Position numbers and translations under genes: made by a program. Of a stretch of DNA of 64,000 nucleotides, positions 39,450 through 52,126 are shown in pieces. Position 1 is the stretch's first letter. Every line of letters starts with the position of its first letter. The notes beneath the pieces were generated by a model. The model ran no database searches. It had not been told where the DNA came from and saw only the letters and a list, made by a program, of their open reading frames with translations. The stretch spans positions 41,354,001-41,418,000 of the forward strand of contig OX597831.1 of assembly GCA_951406725.2 (NCBI GenBank), in the 5' to 3' direction. Origin of the DNA: Octopus vulgaris. Its lineage: Eukaryota.

Positions 39450-40790
39450 AGAACCTTCCTGGTTCTCAAATTCTTAGTAATGTCACAGACAGTTACACCA
39501 TTTGTAACTTTGAAGACGGATGGGTACTCTTCACAGACAAGATGTCCATCCAGAATTGATGCTCAAAATATTTCTGGAAGTTCTTCAGTGCCATCCACAT
39601 GGTCCATAACCTAGTTCCAGAAGAAACAGAGCCAGACAAGATTTCAATCCCTGAAGACATTACCGAAGTCACTGAGTAGTCGAAAAGTGGGAAGTGTTCA
39701 AAAGTTGATGCAATCTCCCCAGAAATTTGGAAGAACGAAGGTCTATTGTCATAAACCAAACTTCATGAATTATTTATCTACTGCTGGAAGCAAGGCAAAC
39801 AACTGCTAAACCTCAGTGGTGTAGCATTCATCACTCTATACAAAAACAAGGGGAATAAATTCGATTAGTCCTTATACTGTGGAATAAGTTAACTTTTCTT
39901 CACAGGAAAAAGTCCTTACCATGAATACTTCCCGAAGTCTAGCAGCCATCATCAGAACAACACTTCCAAAAGAGTTATTGTGGACTAAGAAACAACAGAG
40001 CGACGAGCTGGCAGAAACGTTAGCACACCGGGCAAAATGCTTAGCGGTATTTCGTCTGTCTTTATGTTCTGAGGTCGACCTTGCCTTTCATCCTCTCAGG
40101 GTCGATTAAATAAGTACCAGTTACGCACTGGGATTGATGTAATTGACTTAATCCGTTTGTCTGTCCTTGTTTGTCCCCTCTATGTTTAGCCCCTTGTGGG
40201 CAATAAAGAAATAAGAAACAACAGGAGTACTATTGACAGGACACTTATTCCCATGCTGCTACAAGTGGACTGTAGGGAAAAGAACAAGAGATTATACGTG
40301 ACATTTATTGATATTAACAAAGCATTCAACACTATAATTAATGATGAAATGACCAATATTCCCCCTTCTTGATTCTTAAAATGGTAATTCAGCTACATGA
40401 GGGTCAGTGTGGTCAAATCAGTTGCAGCAATGAACCTTCCAAACCCCTCTCAGTAAAGAATGATGTAAGGCAGAGCTACGTCCCCACACTGATTCTTTTC
40501 TTCATCTTCAGTATGTTGCTCATAAGGGCCACAGGAGACTTTGATAAGGAGGATGGTTTCCACATCCAGTGCTATTCGGCCTAAGGCATTTACATTTCCA
40601 AACCAAGACATTTAAGCAACAGATCGGGAAGCTACAATTCGCCAACATTGCTGCTCACACAGAATTGACCCTGCAGCATATGACATCTTGTTTTGCAGAG
40701 ACTGCTGAGGTCTTTGGACAGGAAGTCACTTTGAAGATAAAAGTTCTCCAACAGCCCATATCACAACAAAATTACAATCCAAACTATGGG
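39450..40790 (+). pseudogene. Degraded RTE-clade LINE reverse transcriptase
   Basis: Residues ISPEIWKNEG..KLHELFIYCWKQGK..ITLYKNKG, TFIDINKAFNT, KMVIQLHEGQ and AHTELTLQHMTSCFAETAEVFGQEV match RTE RT motifs. Interrupted by a SINE. Confidence 0.85.
39999..40211 (+). mobile_element. Meta-type SINE inserted in the RTE relic
   Basis: Perfect 13-bp TSD taagaaacaacag (39986-39998 / 40212-40224). Confidence 0.9.
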
Positions 40791-40975
40791 TTAAATAAGG
40801 ATGTAAACACATTCTTTCTGTGCCACTAATGAGTGGAATAAAGAGGGGAGAGTTTCTTGATTGACCATTTCGCATTTTGTTTACTGCTCTTCACAGAACA
40901 CATACTCACAGTGAGATTTTGATATGTTTAGATATATTTCAGCTCTCAGTTCTTTTGATTTACAATGTATATATA

Positions 40976-41300
40976 CGAGGGGAAGTCAAAAATTATTTAC
41001 GCTTTCGCCTGTGGTCACATGATCAAAGTTTGAGCCTGATTGCACCATTTTACTTTCTGGCTTTACTGTGTAAGCATGGCCACTCCACTAGCAATGTTCA
41101 CCAAAGAAGAACAAAGAGCAATGATTCGATTTACTCTGGAAAAGGATGTGTACGATCAACAGTGCAAGATACCGTACTTTGCTGGCCAACAAACTGAAGC
41201 CAGCAATTCACACCAAACGCCGAAGCCTATTGTTGAAGAAAGTTTTGTTGTTGCATGACAATGCATGCCCACCCATCGCTAACAAAGTGACAAGACTTTT
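40976..41300 (+). mobile_element. Internally deleted mariner (DD34D) fragment
   Basis: TA-CGAGGGG TIR start; residues MATPLAMFTKEEQRAMIRF and ..KRRSLLLKKVLLLHDNACP. Confidence 0.75.
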
Positions 41301-41429
41301 TTAAGTTAAGACAGTTCCCAGTGTTTGTAAATATGTGGTTGAGTTGGTGTGCTGGTAGAACTGTCAATGCACACACCCAAGTCTGTGTGTCTAGTTACCT
41401 AAAGAATCTCAGATGGAGAACTTTTGCAA

Positions 41430-41795
41430 TGTCTTACAAATCTTCACTATACCTCTAACAGATTGGGTTTGGAGAATCGTGCAAGTTTCTTTTTCTCTTT
41501 CTTTGAAAATCCTAATATTTCTAGGTTTTTGTGTAAATTTGTTGGTAACTAATCTAATGCACCTGTGGTGCATATGACTAAAGGTAAAAACGAGAATTTA
41601 TAGTCAGAATACAAGAGCTGTAAGTTCAACATTAATTCACTTTTGATTGTACATTCACATTTGCTGGTCAGCTGACTTCTTATAAAAGTGTCTGACTTTT
41701 GTTCCCTGTCCCACAGAATAATATCAGATCTGTTATGTTTGCACCAAATTTTTGTTTCTATTGATGGGTCCCACCAGTATTTCTTGTTTTTATAG
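41430..41795 (-). pseudogene. RLE-endonuclease domain fragment of an R4/NeSL-type LINE
   Basis: Minus strand gives YWWDPSIET..CKHNRSDIILWDREQK..FIEVS and LQLLYSDYKFSFLPLVI (PD-D/ExK-type motif). Confidence 0.6.
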
Positions 41796-42019
41796 GTGTG
41801 AATACATATATATTAGTCCCTTGTTCTTTTACTTGTTTCAGTCATTAGACTGCAGCCATGTTGGGCACTGCTGAGAAGGATTTAGTCAAATAAATGAACC
41901 CCAGATCTTACTTTCCTATTTACTTTCCTGGTACTTATTCTGTCAGTTTCTTTTGGTCTATCATTAAGTCATAGGGACCTAAACAAACCAACACCAGTCG
42001 TCAAGAGGTGGTAGGGGAC

Positions 42020-42067
<48 letters not shown>

Positions 42068-42093
42068 TATGTGTATATATGTTTGTGTATCTA

Positions 42094-43744
42094 TCTTATA
42101 TATTAAAAGGCAAGTTGTCTGTCTGTGTGTTGTGTGAACCAGTTCTACTACAATTTTCAGCTGAATTTCACCAAACTAGATATGTGTGCTCTCTTTGACT
42201 TAGGATGCATTTTCTTATAATTTTTTTCCTTGAAACTCTGTGCCCCCCCAACATTGTCTAGGATTCATCTAGGATTTGAACCCACCACGTCTATGCAACA
42301 ATATGCATTTGATCTTATATATTAAAAGACAAGTTGTCTGTTTGTCTGTCTATCTGTCTGTCTGTGTGTTGTGTGAACCACTTCTACTCCTACAATTTTC
42401 AACTGAATTTCACCAAATTTGACATGTGTGCCCCAACATAAATAGACTACATAATTAGACAACATAAATAGACAACATAAATTCACCTAGGATTTAGCTT
42501 GAGCCAGCGAAAAAACATGATACACACCCAGCTGGAAAAAATCAATACTTTACTTTGTCAGCTGTAGTGAGCTCTTATCAACTGCTTGCACAGTACTGCC
42601 AGCAGTACCCATTTGCGAGTTACAATTTGCCTTTGTTTTCATGTGTTTTAATATAATTATTCCAACTTAAACTAGCAATTTCAAAACTCTTACCCAAAAT
42701 TAAAAATCCTTAATTCGGTCTGTTTTTGTCAACTACATTTTACTATTTTTTGGGTGCTACACATTCACCGCTTTTTCCTTAAGACTTTTTCTATTGCATA
42801 AACTGATAATTTTCCACCATGCCTTGACGCAAAAGATCCATTATAGATCAACAAACAAATGCTGCAAAGGAAAGTATGTATGTGTACAAATGAATCTGCT
42901 GAGGATGCCATCAGGAGTAACTCTCTTAATGCACTTAGAATGGCTTCAGTGTGGAGAAGGGAAAGTGAAGAGCAGTGTTGTGATCGGTTAGCACATATTG
43001 CTGCACAACGAGCAACGTTCAGCACGCTGAGCAAGAAATGCTTCCTCTACTGCTGCTGCACAAGATTGAGAGACTGCAGCACAATGTGCAGATTGACTTA
43101 CAAGAGATGCTGCAGAGACTGCAGCACAACGCACAGTTCAACTTATAAGAGATGCTTCCTCAACTGCTGCTGTGCATGCTACGGAGACTACAGGGAAAGA
43201 CAACAGCAACTGGAGGCTACCACTCAGCGAAGGGCTGCACAACATTCCTACTCAAGGCCTTGTTCCTCGCAATGGTCAATGACAGCATTCAACTATGATC
43301 CTACAATTGACTACAGTAATCACCGTGACGTTCAAATAGGCTGCATATCCACAATCTGCCAATTTTGCAGAGCTAAAAAGTGGCCTGGAAAAACTCCCAG
43401 CATGTGCTGCTCTAATGGTAAGATCACAGTACTGCTTCTACAAGATCCTCCACCCCTTTTGACTGATCTTTTGACAGGGGCATCTCCTTATTCTCATGAC
43501 TTTCTCAAGCAGATATGTACCTATGACTGTGCACTCCAAATGACTTCCTTCAGTGCCAACATCATACGAGATGGGCATTTTATGCTTTCCTTTAAAGTGT
43601 AGGGGCAGATTTACCATAGAACTGGTTCCCTGCAGCCACATGACACTGCCTCATCTCAGTTTCTTCAGCTCTATTTGGTGGGAGATTATGCTGACCAGGC
43701 ATACTTAACAAACAGTCCAGGGCAACGCCGGGTACACCTGCTAG
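42094..43744 (+). mobile_element. Internally deleted Helitron with RepHel N-terminal region and duplicated 5' end
   Basis: 5' TC-TTATATATTAAAA at 42094 and again at 42313. ORF 42859-43602 contains FNYDPTIDY..CQFCRAKKW..CCSNGK..QMTSF..FKV*GQIYHRTGSL. The 3' end has the hairpin ccagggcaacgccggg then CTAG (43741-43744). Confidence 0.9.
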
Positions 43745-44030
43745 CATATATAAAACTGAGAATGTGTGTGTGTGTCTGTCTGTGTGTATATGTGTATCAC
43801 TGAAACTTGAGAACTACCCAACCGATTTCATTCAGATTTTCCACATGCCTTATTTAGGCTCCATGGGCCAAAAAAAAAAAAATGTTCAACTTCTTGACTA
43901 ATGCAAGCTCAGAGAAATCTCTTACACTGTTTCAGTATGACATGTCAAATGTGAAACAATAACATCTCTATTGTAATGTGATGTAATAGTTTCACTATTA
44001 TATGGTTTCACTTTTAATGCTTTCATTTTT
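43745..44030 (+). mobile_element. Non-autonomous Helitron-like 5' fragment
   Basis: atataaaactgagaatgtgtgt..aacttgagaactac..gatttcattca; a second copy lies at ~44540-44830. Confidence 0.55.
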
Positions 44031-44498
44031 ATTAGTTTCACTACGTATATATAGATATATATATGTATATGTGTGTGTGTATCATCATCATCATCATCAT
44101 CATCATTTAGCATCCATATATATATATAGCGTCTATATATAGATAGATAGATAGATATATAGGTAGATAGATAGATAGATAGATAGACAGATAGATAGAT
44201 AGATAGATAGATAGATATATTTACGTGTGTGTATTTGTGTCTGTGTTTGTTGCATCCTCTCCCACCCCCTACTATTACTTGACAACCGATGTTGATGTGT
44301 TTACGTCTCCGCAACTTAGCGGTTTGGCAGAAGATATTGATAGAATAAGCATCAGGCTTACAAAGAATAGATCCAGGGATCAATTTCTTCAACTAAAATG
44401 CAGTGCTTCAGCATGGCCACACTCAAATGACTGAAACAAGAAAAAAGTGTAATAAATAAATATATATGTGTGTGTGTGTGGCTGTTTGGTAAGCTTTG

Positions 44499-44549
<51 letters not shown>

Positions 44550-44829
44550 ATGAGAATGTGTGTGTGTCTGTCTGTCTGTGTATCTATGTGAATCCCTAAA
44601 ACTTGAGAACTACACAACCATTTTCATTCAAATTTTACAGATACCTTACTTAGGGTCCATGTAGTGTCATAGGCCAAACATTTTTTAACTTCTTGCCTAG
44701 TGCAGACCCACCAGTATCTTGTATCAAAACTGAAACAATAACATCACTGTACTGTAATGTCAGATACTTTCACTTTAATAGTTTCACTTTAATACAGAAA
44801 CTATTAAAATGAAACTATTATTTCACATG

Positions 44830-44883
44830 TATACAGGCATACATACACATCTACATACATGCATGCATACATACATACATACA

Positions 44884-44919
<36 letters not shown>

Positions 44920-44924
44920 TATTA

Positions 44925-44982
<58 letters not shown>

Positions 44983-45202
44983 TATATAAATATATAGATG
45001 TATATATATATGTATACATCTGCATAAATGTATATATATACATGTATATATATATACAGATGTATATATATATATATATATATATGTATATGTATAGATG
45101 TATATATATATACATGTATACATATAGATGTATATGTATATATATATGTGTATAAATGTATTTCTATAGATATAGATGTATATGTATACATATATATGTG
45201 TA

Positions 45203-45240
<38 letters not shown>

Positions 45241-45310
45241 ATATGTACACATATATACATGCATACATATATACACCCATACACACACACATACACACAC
45301 ACATATACAT
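44830..45310. repeat. Long compound (TACA)n/(TA)n microsatellite
   Basis: Directly visible; source of many spurious YI-repeat ORFs. Confidence 0.9.
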
Positions 45311-45312
45311 TG

Positions 45313-45640
45313 GTGCAGGTGTGGCTGTGTGGTAACAAACTTGGTTCCAAAACACATGGTCCTGGGTTCAGCCCCACTGTGTGGTGACTTGGCATGTGTC
45401 TTCTGCTATAGCCTCAGACCAACCAAAGCCTTGTCAGTGGATTTTGTAGACAGAAACTGAAAGAAATCAATCGTATATTTATGTATGTATATATGTAAGT
45501 CTATGTGTGTCTTTGTCTCTGTGTTTCTCCCTCATCACTGCTTCACAACTGCTGTTTGTTTACTTACATCCCCATAACTTACTGGTTTCACAAAAAGAAA
45601 CAGATAGAATAAGTACCAGGCTTATCAAAATACAAAAAAA
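45313..45640 (+). mobile_element. Composite tRNA-CORE SINE
   Basis: ggtgcaggtgtggctgtgtggtaa head, CORE and partial 3' module. Confidence 0.75.
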
Positions 45641-45764
45641 GCACTAGGCAGTGTCTCATATTTTTATTTGCCCTCTCAGTTGTATCTATCAATTTATCTT
45701 TGTGTGTGTGTGTGCGTATGTGTGTGTAAGTATGTATGTATATAATATAATATATATATATATA

Positions 45765-46100
45765 TGGAAATTGCAGCTGTGATACCAGTGCCGGTGGCAC
45801 ATAAGTGAACAATCTGAATGTGGCTGTTGCCAGCACCACCCTGACGGGCCTCTGTGCCGGTGGCACATAAAAAGCTCCATCCAACCATGGCCGTTTGCCA
45901 GCCCCGTCTGGCACCTGTGCCGGTGGCATGTAAAAAGCACCCACTACACTCACGGAGTGGTTGGCGTTAGGAAGGGCATCCAGCCGTAGAAGCATTGCCA
46001 GATAAGACTGGGCCTGGTGCAGCCTTCTGGCTTCCCAGACCCCAGTTGAACCGTCCAACCCATGCTAGCATGGAAAGCGGACACTAAATGATGATGATGA
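45765..46100 (+). mobile_element. RTE-tailed short retroelement
   Basis: Repeats of tgccggtggcacat, motif ggttggcgttaggaagggcatccagccgtaga, and tail ggacactaaa(tga)n. Confidence 0.65.
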
Positions 46101-46150
46101 TATAATACACACACATACACATATACATGTATGTATATGTGCATATTCAT

Positions 46151-46760
46151 ATCTATTATATCAAAGTCAATGTCTTTATGTGTGTTCGTGCGTTACTTAT
46201 ACATTTGAAAACTGCTGCCCGATCCTAATGAAATTTGGAACACAAAATCCAAGCCTAGGGAGAAGGGTAATGCTGTGTGTTTCATACAATTTCATGGACC
46301 AAAATTACTGAATGGATCCTTATGATATTTGGAACTTAGATTCAATGCATAAGGGCAGGTGTAATGCAATATGTTTGGTTTCAATTTTAAATGGCTTAAA
46401 GGGAGCTGAATCTCCATGGAAATTCATAAATTTTTGATGTTGATGAAATTTCAACCATGAGTAATTGACACACCTCAAGAAGTATTCTAAAATTTCCACT
46501 TCTCATGAGGATTCTAAGACACCCTAATGGGGGCCTTAACTCCCAAATTTTAGTAATTTCTTTTAGGATCCAAAACTAGGTCAAAAGTACTGAATGGATC
46601 TTTACGAAATTTGGAAATTATATTCTATGCATAAGGGCCATAACCCCCATGACAATTCATATATTTTTGCTGTTGATGAAATTTTAACCATAGATATTAG
46701 ACACAAATGAAGTAATATTTATAAAATTTCATCATCTTACCAGTTAGAAAGACCCCCTAG
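46151..46760 (+). mobile_element. Helitron-like non-autonomous element with ~200-bp internal duplication
   Basis: atctattatatcaaag start; duplicated tactgaatggatc..tgatgaaatt block; related piece at ~47490-47585. Confidence 0.45.
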
Positions 46761-47742
46761 TCATTTTATCTAAGCAAAGATGAATACAGTTGTACTCTTG
46801 GAAGCTGTAAGATCACCCGAGCATAAAAGATGAGCATTATTTGTAATTCAATGGTACAACAGTGTAAGAGTTTGCTTTGAGATATACTTAGATTGTGATT
46901 TCTGCAATGTGGTGCATAAATTGTCAAGTAAATGAGAGGCATCTTTGCCTCCACTGATTCTGTTGCAAAGTGTTGGGTAAAGTTATTTGGTTGCAGACCT
47001 CCTTTCAGTCTTTTTATTATCACTGGGTCACAGATAGTCCCCAGATGGTAACATTCATTTCAAGGTCTTCCCAGATGAGTGACTGGTTATTCAAAGACAT
47101 TTATAGATTGTAAATTTATTCTGTCCAGTTACGTATCAGTATAGTGGTCATTTGCTAACTCCAGAGGTGACACTTTTATTTCTCCTTAGCCCTCATGTCA
47201 CACAGTTGTTAATGTTTATTTCAGTTGGGTCATGCCCTTCCAATTGCTATAGATCCATAATGCATCTTACAGCTGTGCCTGTCACCTGTATGGTGAGGAA
47301 TCCTACATTAGGAGTGGTAATGACTAGGGTACAGTAGCTGACTGCTTATCGTGATCATTCGTCTTTTGGTTTCCTGTAGCTTTGCTCTCTTTTACAAACT
47401 CAATGAACATACATATATTTCCTATTTCAAAGAAATTCAAACAATATATATAAAACCCAAGTTAAAAAGATTCTCAACAATTCAACTTGTCTGGTTGACA
47501 TTAAGACACCCACCCCCAATAGGGGCCTTAACTCCCATGTTTTAGAGCTCCATGACCTCCAATTTTCAGGTTCTATAAGAAATATAGAATATAGCACAGG
47601 AGTGGCTGTGTGATAAGTAGTTTGCTTACCAACCACATGGTTCTGGGTTCAGTCCCACTGTGTGGCACCTAAGGAAAGTGTCTTCTACTATTATGCCAAC
47701 ACACTGGTTCCTATATATGCAATATATTATATAAAAGCTATA

Positions 47743-47960
47743 AGACGGCGAACTGGCAGAAACGTTAGCACATCGGGTGAAATGCTTAGCAGTATTTCGT
47801 CTGTCTTTACATTCTGAGTTCAAATTCTACCAAAGTCATCTTTGCCTTTCATCCTTTCGGGATCGATAAATTAAGTACCAGTTGTGTACTGAGGTCAATC
47901 TAATCGACTGCCCCCCCACCTCCCCCAAAATTTCGGGCCTTGTGCCTAGAGTTGAAAAGA
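47743..47960 (+). mobile_element. Meta-type SINE
   Basis: Full head, core and cttgtgcctagag tail; another copy at 48355-48567. Confidence 0.85.
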
Positions 47961-48004
47961 TCATATAGAAGATATATATATTATTTAGTATCTTATACAC
48001 ATGT

Positions 48005-48340
48005 GAAGGCGCATGGCTCAGTGGTTAGAGCATCGATCTTATGACCATGAGGTTGTGAGTTTGAATCCCAGACCGGGCTGCATGTTGTGTTCTTGAGCAA
48101 GACACTTCATTTCACATTGCTCCAGTTTACTCAGCTGTAGAAATGAGTTGTGACATCACTGGTGCCAAGCTGTATCAGCCTTTGTCTTTCCCTTGGATAA
48201 CATCGGTGGCATGGAGAGATGAGGCTGGTATGCATGGGCATCTGCTGGTCTTCCATAAACAACCTTGCCTGGACTTGTGTCTTGGAGGGTAACTTTCTAG
48301 GTGCAATCCCATGGTCATTCGTGACCAAAGGGGTCTCTGT
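48005..48340 (+). mobile_element. Second tRNA-CORE SINE family
   Basis: A-box tggctcagtgg, B-box gtttgaatccc and CORE-like gtgttcttgagcaagacactt..cagctgta. Confidence 0.75.
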
Positions 48341-49019
48341 AATACACATGTATAAGGCGGTGAGCTGGAAGAATCGTTAGAACGCCGGGTGAAATGCTTA
48401 GTGGTATTTCGTCTGCCGCTATGATCTGAGTTCAAATTCTGCCGAGGTCGACTTTGCCTTTCATCCTTTCGGAGTCAATAAATTACGTACCGGTTGAGTA
48501 CTTGGGTCAATGTAATTGACTATCCCCACCCTCCAAAATTTCATGCCTCGTGCCTAGAGTAGAATGGATCTTATACAAATATATTGTATATAGATTTGTG
48601 ACTGTGTGTCAACTCTGTGTATTCACACATAGAAGTTAGCTATTTTATTGTTGACATTAGAGAGAGAGAGAGAGAGCCGTTTATACAACTTCACATTATT
48701 GCCACATTACTTGTACTTTTTTGGGGGAGTTCATTTTGTTTTTACAAATCACACATGTTAAATACCAGCCTTGGCTTTAATTTTGACTAATTAATGATTG
48801 TCATTCATGCATGTCCGCCTATCTTGCCAGTTGTTTGCCGCCTGTCATAAAAAGCCACTCTCTTTCAAGTTCACCGAGAAATTCCACTTTGCTTAATTAG
48901 CTACATCACTTGACATCTTGAACATCCACATACATTTCAATTCACGCTAATTATGACAACCATGTTACCACATAATTGCATACATATTAATTAGTATAAC
49001 GTTCTCTCTTCACACACAG

Positions 49020-51095
49020 TGAAGTTGCATGGTCTAGAGGTTAGATTATCACACTGATAATCACAACATTGTTGTTTCAATTCCCAGCCCTGGCAATGCA
49101 TTGTGTTCTGGAGCAAAACACTTTATTTCAAGTTGTTCGAGTTCACTCAGTTATGGAAGTGCATGTCTTAGTGGTTTGGGAATTGAACTCATGATCGTAA
49201 GATTGTGGTTTCAATTCCTGGACCGGGTGAAGCATTGTCTATTGTGTCTGGGGAGAGTCATTTTTGTTTTGTGTCTTATAATTTAACACACTCACCAGTA
49301 AAATTTCCATTTATTTTTTATTTTTATTTTCCTAAAATTTTCGTTGTGTCTTGCAACCTTTTCAATAGTCTTGACTCTGTCCGTTATTTACACTGCGTTT
49401 CCTTTTGTTTGTTTGTGAGCATGTGTGTGGGTCAGTGTGTGTGTGTCTGTGCCTATGCATGCATGCATATATGTATGTGTGTATGTATGTATGTATGTAT
49501 GTGTGTGCATGTATACATGTATGTGTATGCACATGTATATATGTATGTATGTGTGTGCATCTGTCTGTATGTATTCTGCATATTCATGTGCTTGCATGTC
49601 TGTGTTTGTGTATTTTTTATGTATGTGTGTGTGTGAGCATATGTTTGTATATGTATGCACCTGTGTTTCCTTGTGTGCGCATGTCTGTGTGTGTTTTGCA
49701 ACTATGTACCATGTTTGTATGTATGGATGTGCATCTCTATATGTGTGGATACGTGTTTCCATATGTGTCCTTGTGTGGGGTAAAGTGTGTGTGAAGCATT
49801 GCGTTTTTGAGAAAAACACTTCATTTCACATTGCTCTAGTTCACTCAGTTGTAGAGGAGTGTGGCATAGTGGTTAGGATGTTGGACTCATGATCAGAAGA
49901 TTGTGGTTTCAATTCCCGGACCAGGTGATGCATTGTTTCTTGAGCAAAACACTTAATTTCATGTTGTTCCAGTCCACTCAGCTGGGAAAAATGAGTAACA
50001 CTGTGATGGATCAGCACACCATTCAGGAGGAGAATATATATGCCATAGCAACAGGGAAACTGGCCCTTATGACTTTGCATGACTCAAGACAGAAACTTCA
50101 CCTTTGACCCTTTTGTTACCGTATTTATTTTGAGATACTTTGAGTTTCTTTTAATTACTTTGAAATACAACAAAGAATTTAGTAAAATAACTTAGTTATC
50201 ATTAAGCTAGTGTTAGAAACATAAATTGTAACAAAGGTTTGGTGGAAGATTTTAATTCAAAACTTATGAAAACAAGACATTTGTAGTACAGAGCCAGAGG
50301 TAGTTTCAGCCAGGTTGGTATCGAATGGGTTAACTTTAGTTCACTCAGATGCAAACAACTAACCCTGTAATGGACTGGCACCTTGTTGAGGGGAATGTTG
50401 TGATATTAGTCATTTATACACCGTGGGAAGTGGGTAGGCAGTCTTGTGAATTCTAGGGTGCAACACAATTTTTTTTTTTTTTAAATAGGTGACACATAAA
50501 AGGAACTCATGCTGGTGACATATACAGTACAATTCTGTAGAGTGGTTGGCATTAGAAAGGGCATCCAGCTGTAGAAACGAAACCAAAACAGAATGGAACC
50601 TGGTGCAACTCTCCTGCTTACTAGCTACAATCAAACTACCAGATTGGAAAAAAGGACATTGAATGATGTTGATGATGATGATGATGAAGTTCTAAGCTAA
50701 TACATTTCTTGTTCTGTTCATGAGGATCCCTAGGAGCAATAATAATTCCCTGTTTCCATAGAGATCAACAGATGAGGGAGGCGTATCTTAAAACCTCTTG
50801 GGATGAAATTGTGGGGCTAATATGCATATGTGAAGGTGCATGGTCTCATAGTTAGGGTGCTCTGCTCCATGTTTGCAAGATCGTAGTTTAAGTTCCTAAA
50901 CCAGGTGGTACATTGTGTTCTTGAGTAAAACACTTTATTTCTCACTACCCCAGTCCACCCAACTGTAAATGAGTAACCCTGTGATGGACTGGCGTCCCAT
51001 GCAGGGGGTAATGTTGCCATCTCAGTCACTTACACATCATGGTAACCAGAGAAGCCACCCTAGGAGTCTCAGGACTCAGGACAGTGAACCTTGTT
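49020..51095 (+). mobile_element. Cluster of same-orientation copies of the second CORE-SINE family, plus a (TG)-rich array
   Basis: Heads/CORE at ~49020, 49157, 49790, 49855 and 50830. Confidence 0.65.
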
Positions 51096-51298
51096 TTACT
51101 CCATACACAGTCTAAGATAGTAAAGTAAACATTCACACAGAAATCATTTATCCTTTGTTTGTTTCACTGTGGCCATACTGGGGCATCATCTTGAAGAATT
51201 TTAGCTGAATGAACCATCAACCCCAGGACTCATATTTCTGAAGCCTGGTATTTATTCTGTTGGTTTATTTTGCCAAACCACTAAGTCACAGAGACATA

Positions 51299-51689
51299 GG
51301 CGTAGGAGTGGCTGTGTGGTAAGCAGCTTGCTTACGAATCACATAGTTCAGTCCCACTGTGTGGTACCTTGGGCAAGTGTCTTCTACTATAGCCTCAGGC
51401 TGACCAAAGCCTTGTGAGTGGATTTGGTAGACAGAAACTGAAAGAAGCTCATTGTATATATGTATATATATATATGTGAGTGTATGTGTGTGTATATGTT
51501 TGTCCCCCCAACATTGCTTGACAACCGATGCTCGTGTGTTTGCGTCCCCATAACTTAGTGGTTCGGCAAAAGACACTGATAGAATAAGTACTAGGCTTAC
51601 AAAGAATAAGTCCTGGGGGTCGATTTGCTCGACTAAAGGTGGTGCTCCAGCATGGCCACAGTCAAATGACTGAAACAAATAAAAGAGTA
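51299..51689 (+). mobile_element. Composite tRNA-CORE SINE nested in an older antisense copy
   Basis: Full-length plus copy. The flanks ~51150-51298 and ~51690-51780 join into the antisense 3' module. Confidence 0.8.
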
Positions 51690-52024
51690 TAAGCATACCA
51701 ACAATGATCAACTGGTGGTAGGAGACAAAACAGACATAAAAACACACATGAATGCACATGCACACATACACACACACATCCGTTTAGTTTAGTTTGGGCA
51801 GAAACCTTGCAATGCACTCTTAAAAAGACCCAGTGCTTCTGGCTGTTGGCTACCATCTGTTAATTTCATCTCCCAGAATAACCCAATGGTATGGCAACAT
51901 ACATTGAACTAATTTCAAACAATAATAACATACAGATGGAAATTAATGGGCTTTATCAATGCACCACAACATTTGTAGAAACATATGTTGTGATGCATCA
52001 TATATATTGTGTGTGTGTGTGTAT

Positions 52025-52071
<47 letters not shown>

Positions 52072-52126
52072 TATACATATATATATATATATATATATAC
52101 ATACATACATACATATATATATATAT

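Noticed and set aside
42859-43602. Cys-rich 247-aa ORF as a novel host protein
   Set aside because: The C-terminal half is Helitron RepHel, and the Cys-rich part appears to be a frameshifted or CpG-decayed repeat of its N-terminus.
44804-45395. YI/HT/CV/ER-repeat ORFs here and at ~18.7, 21.7, 49.4 and 52.0 kb
   Set aside because: Microsatellite translations.
46766-47340. Possible LINE APE-endonuclease remnant (IYLTIYAPH..CSGDL) on the minus strand
   Set aside because: Too degraded to call from motifs alone.
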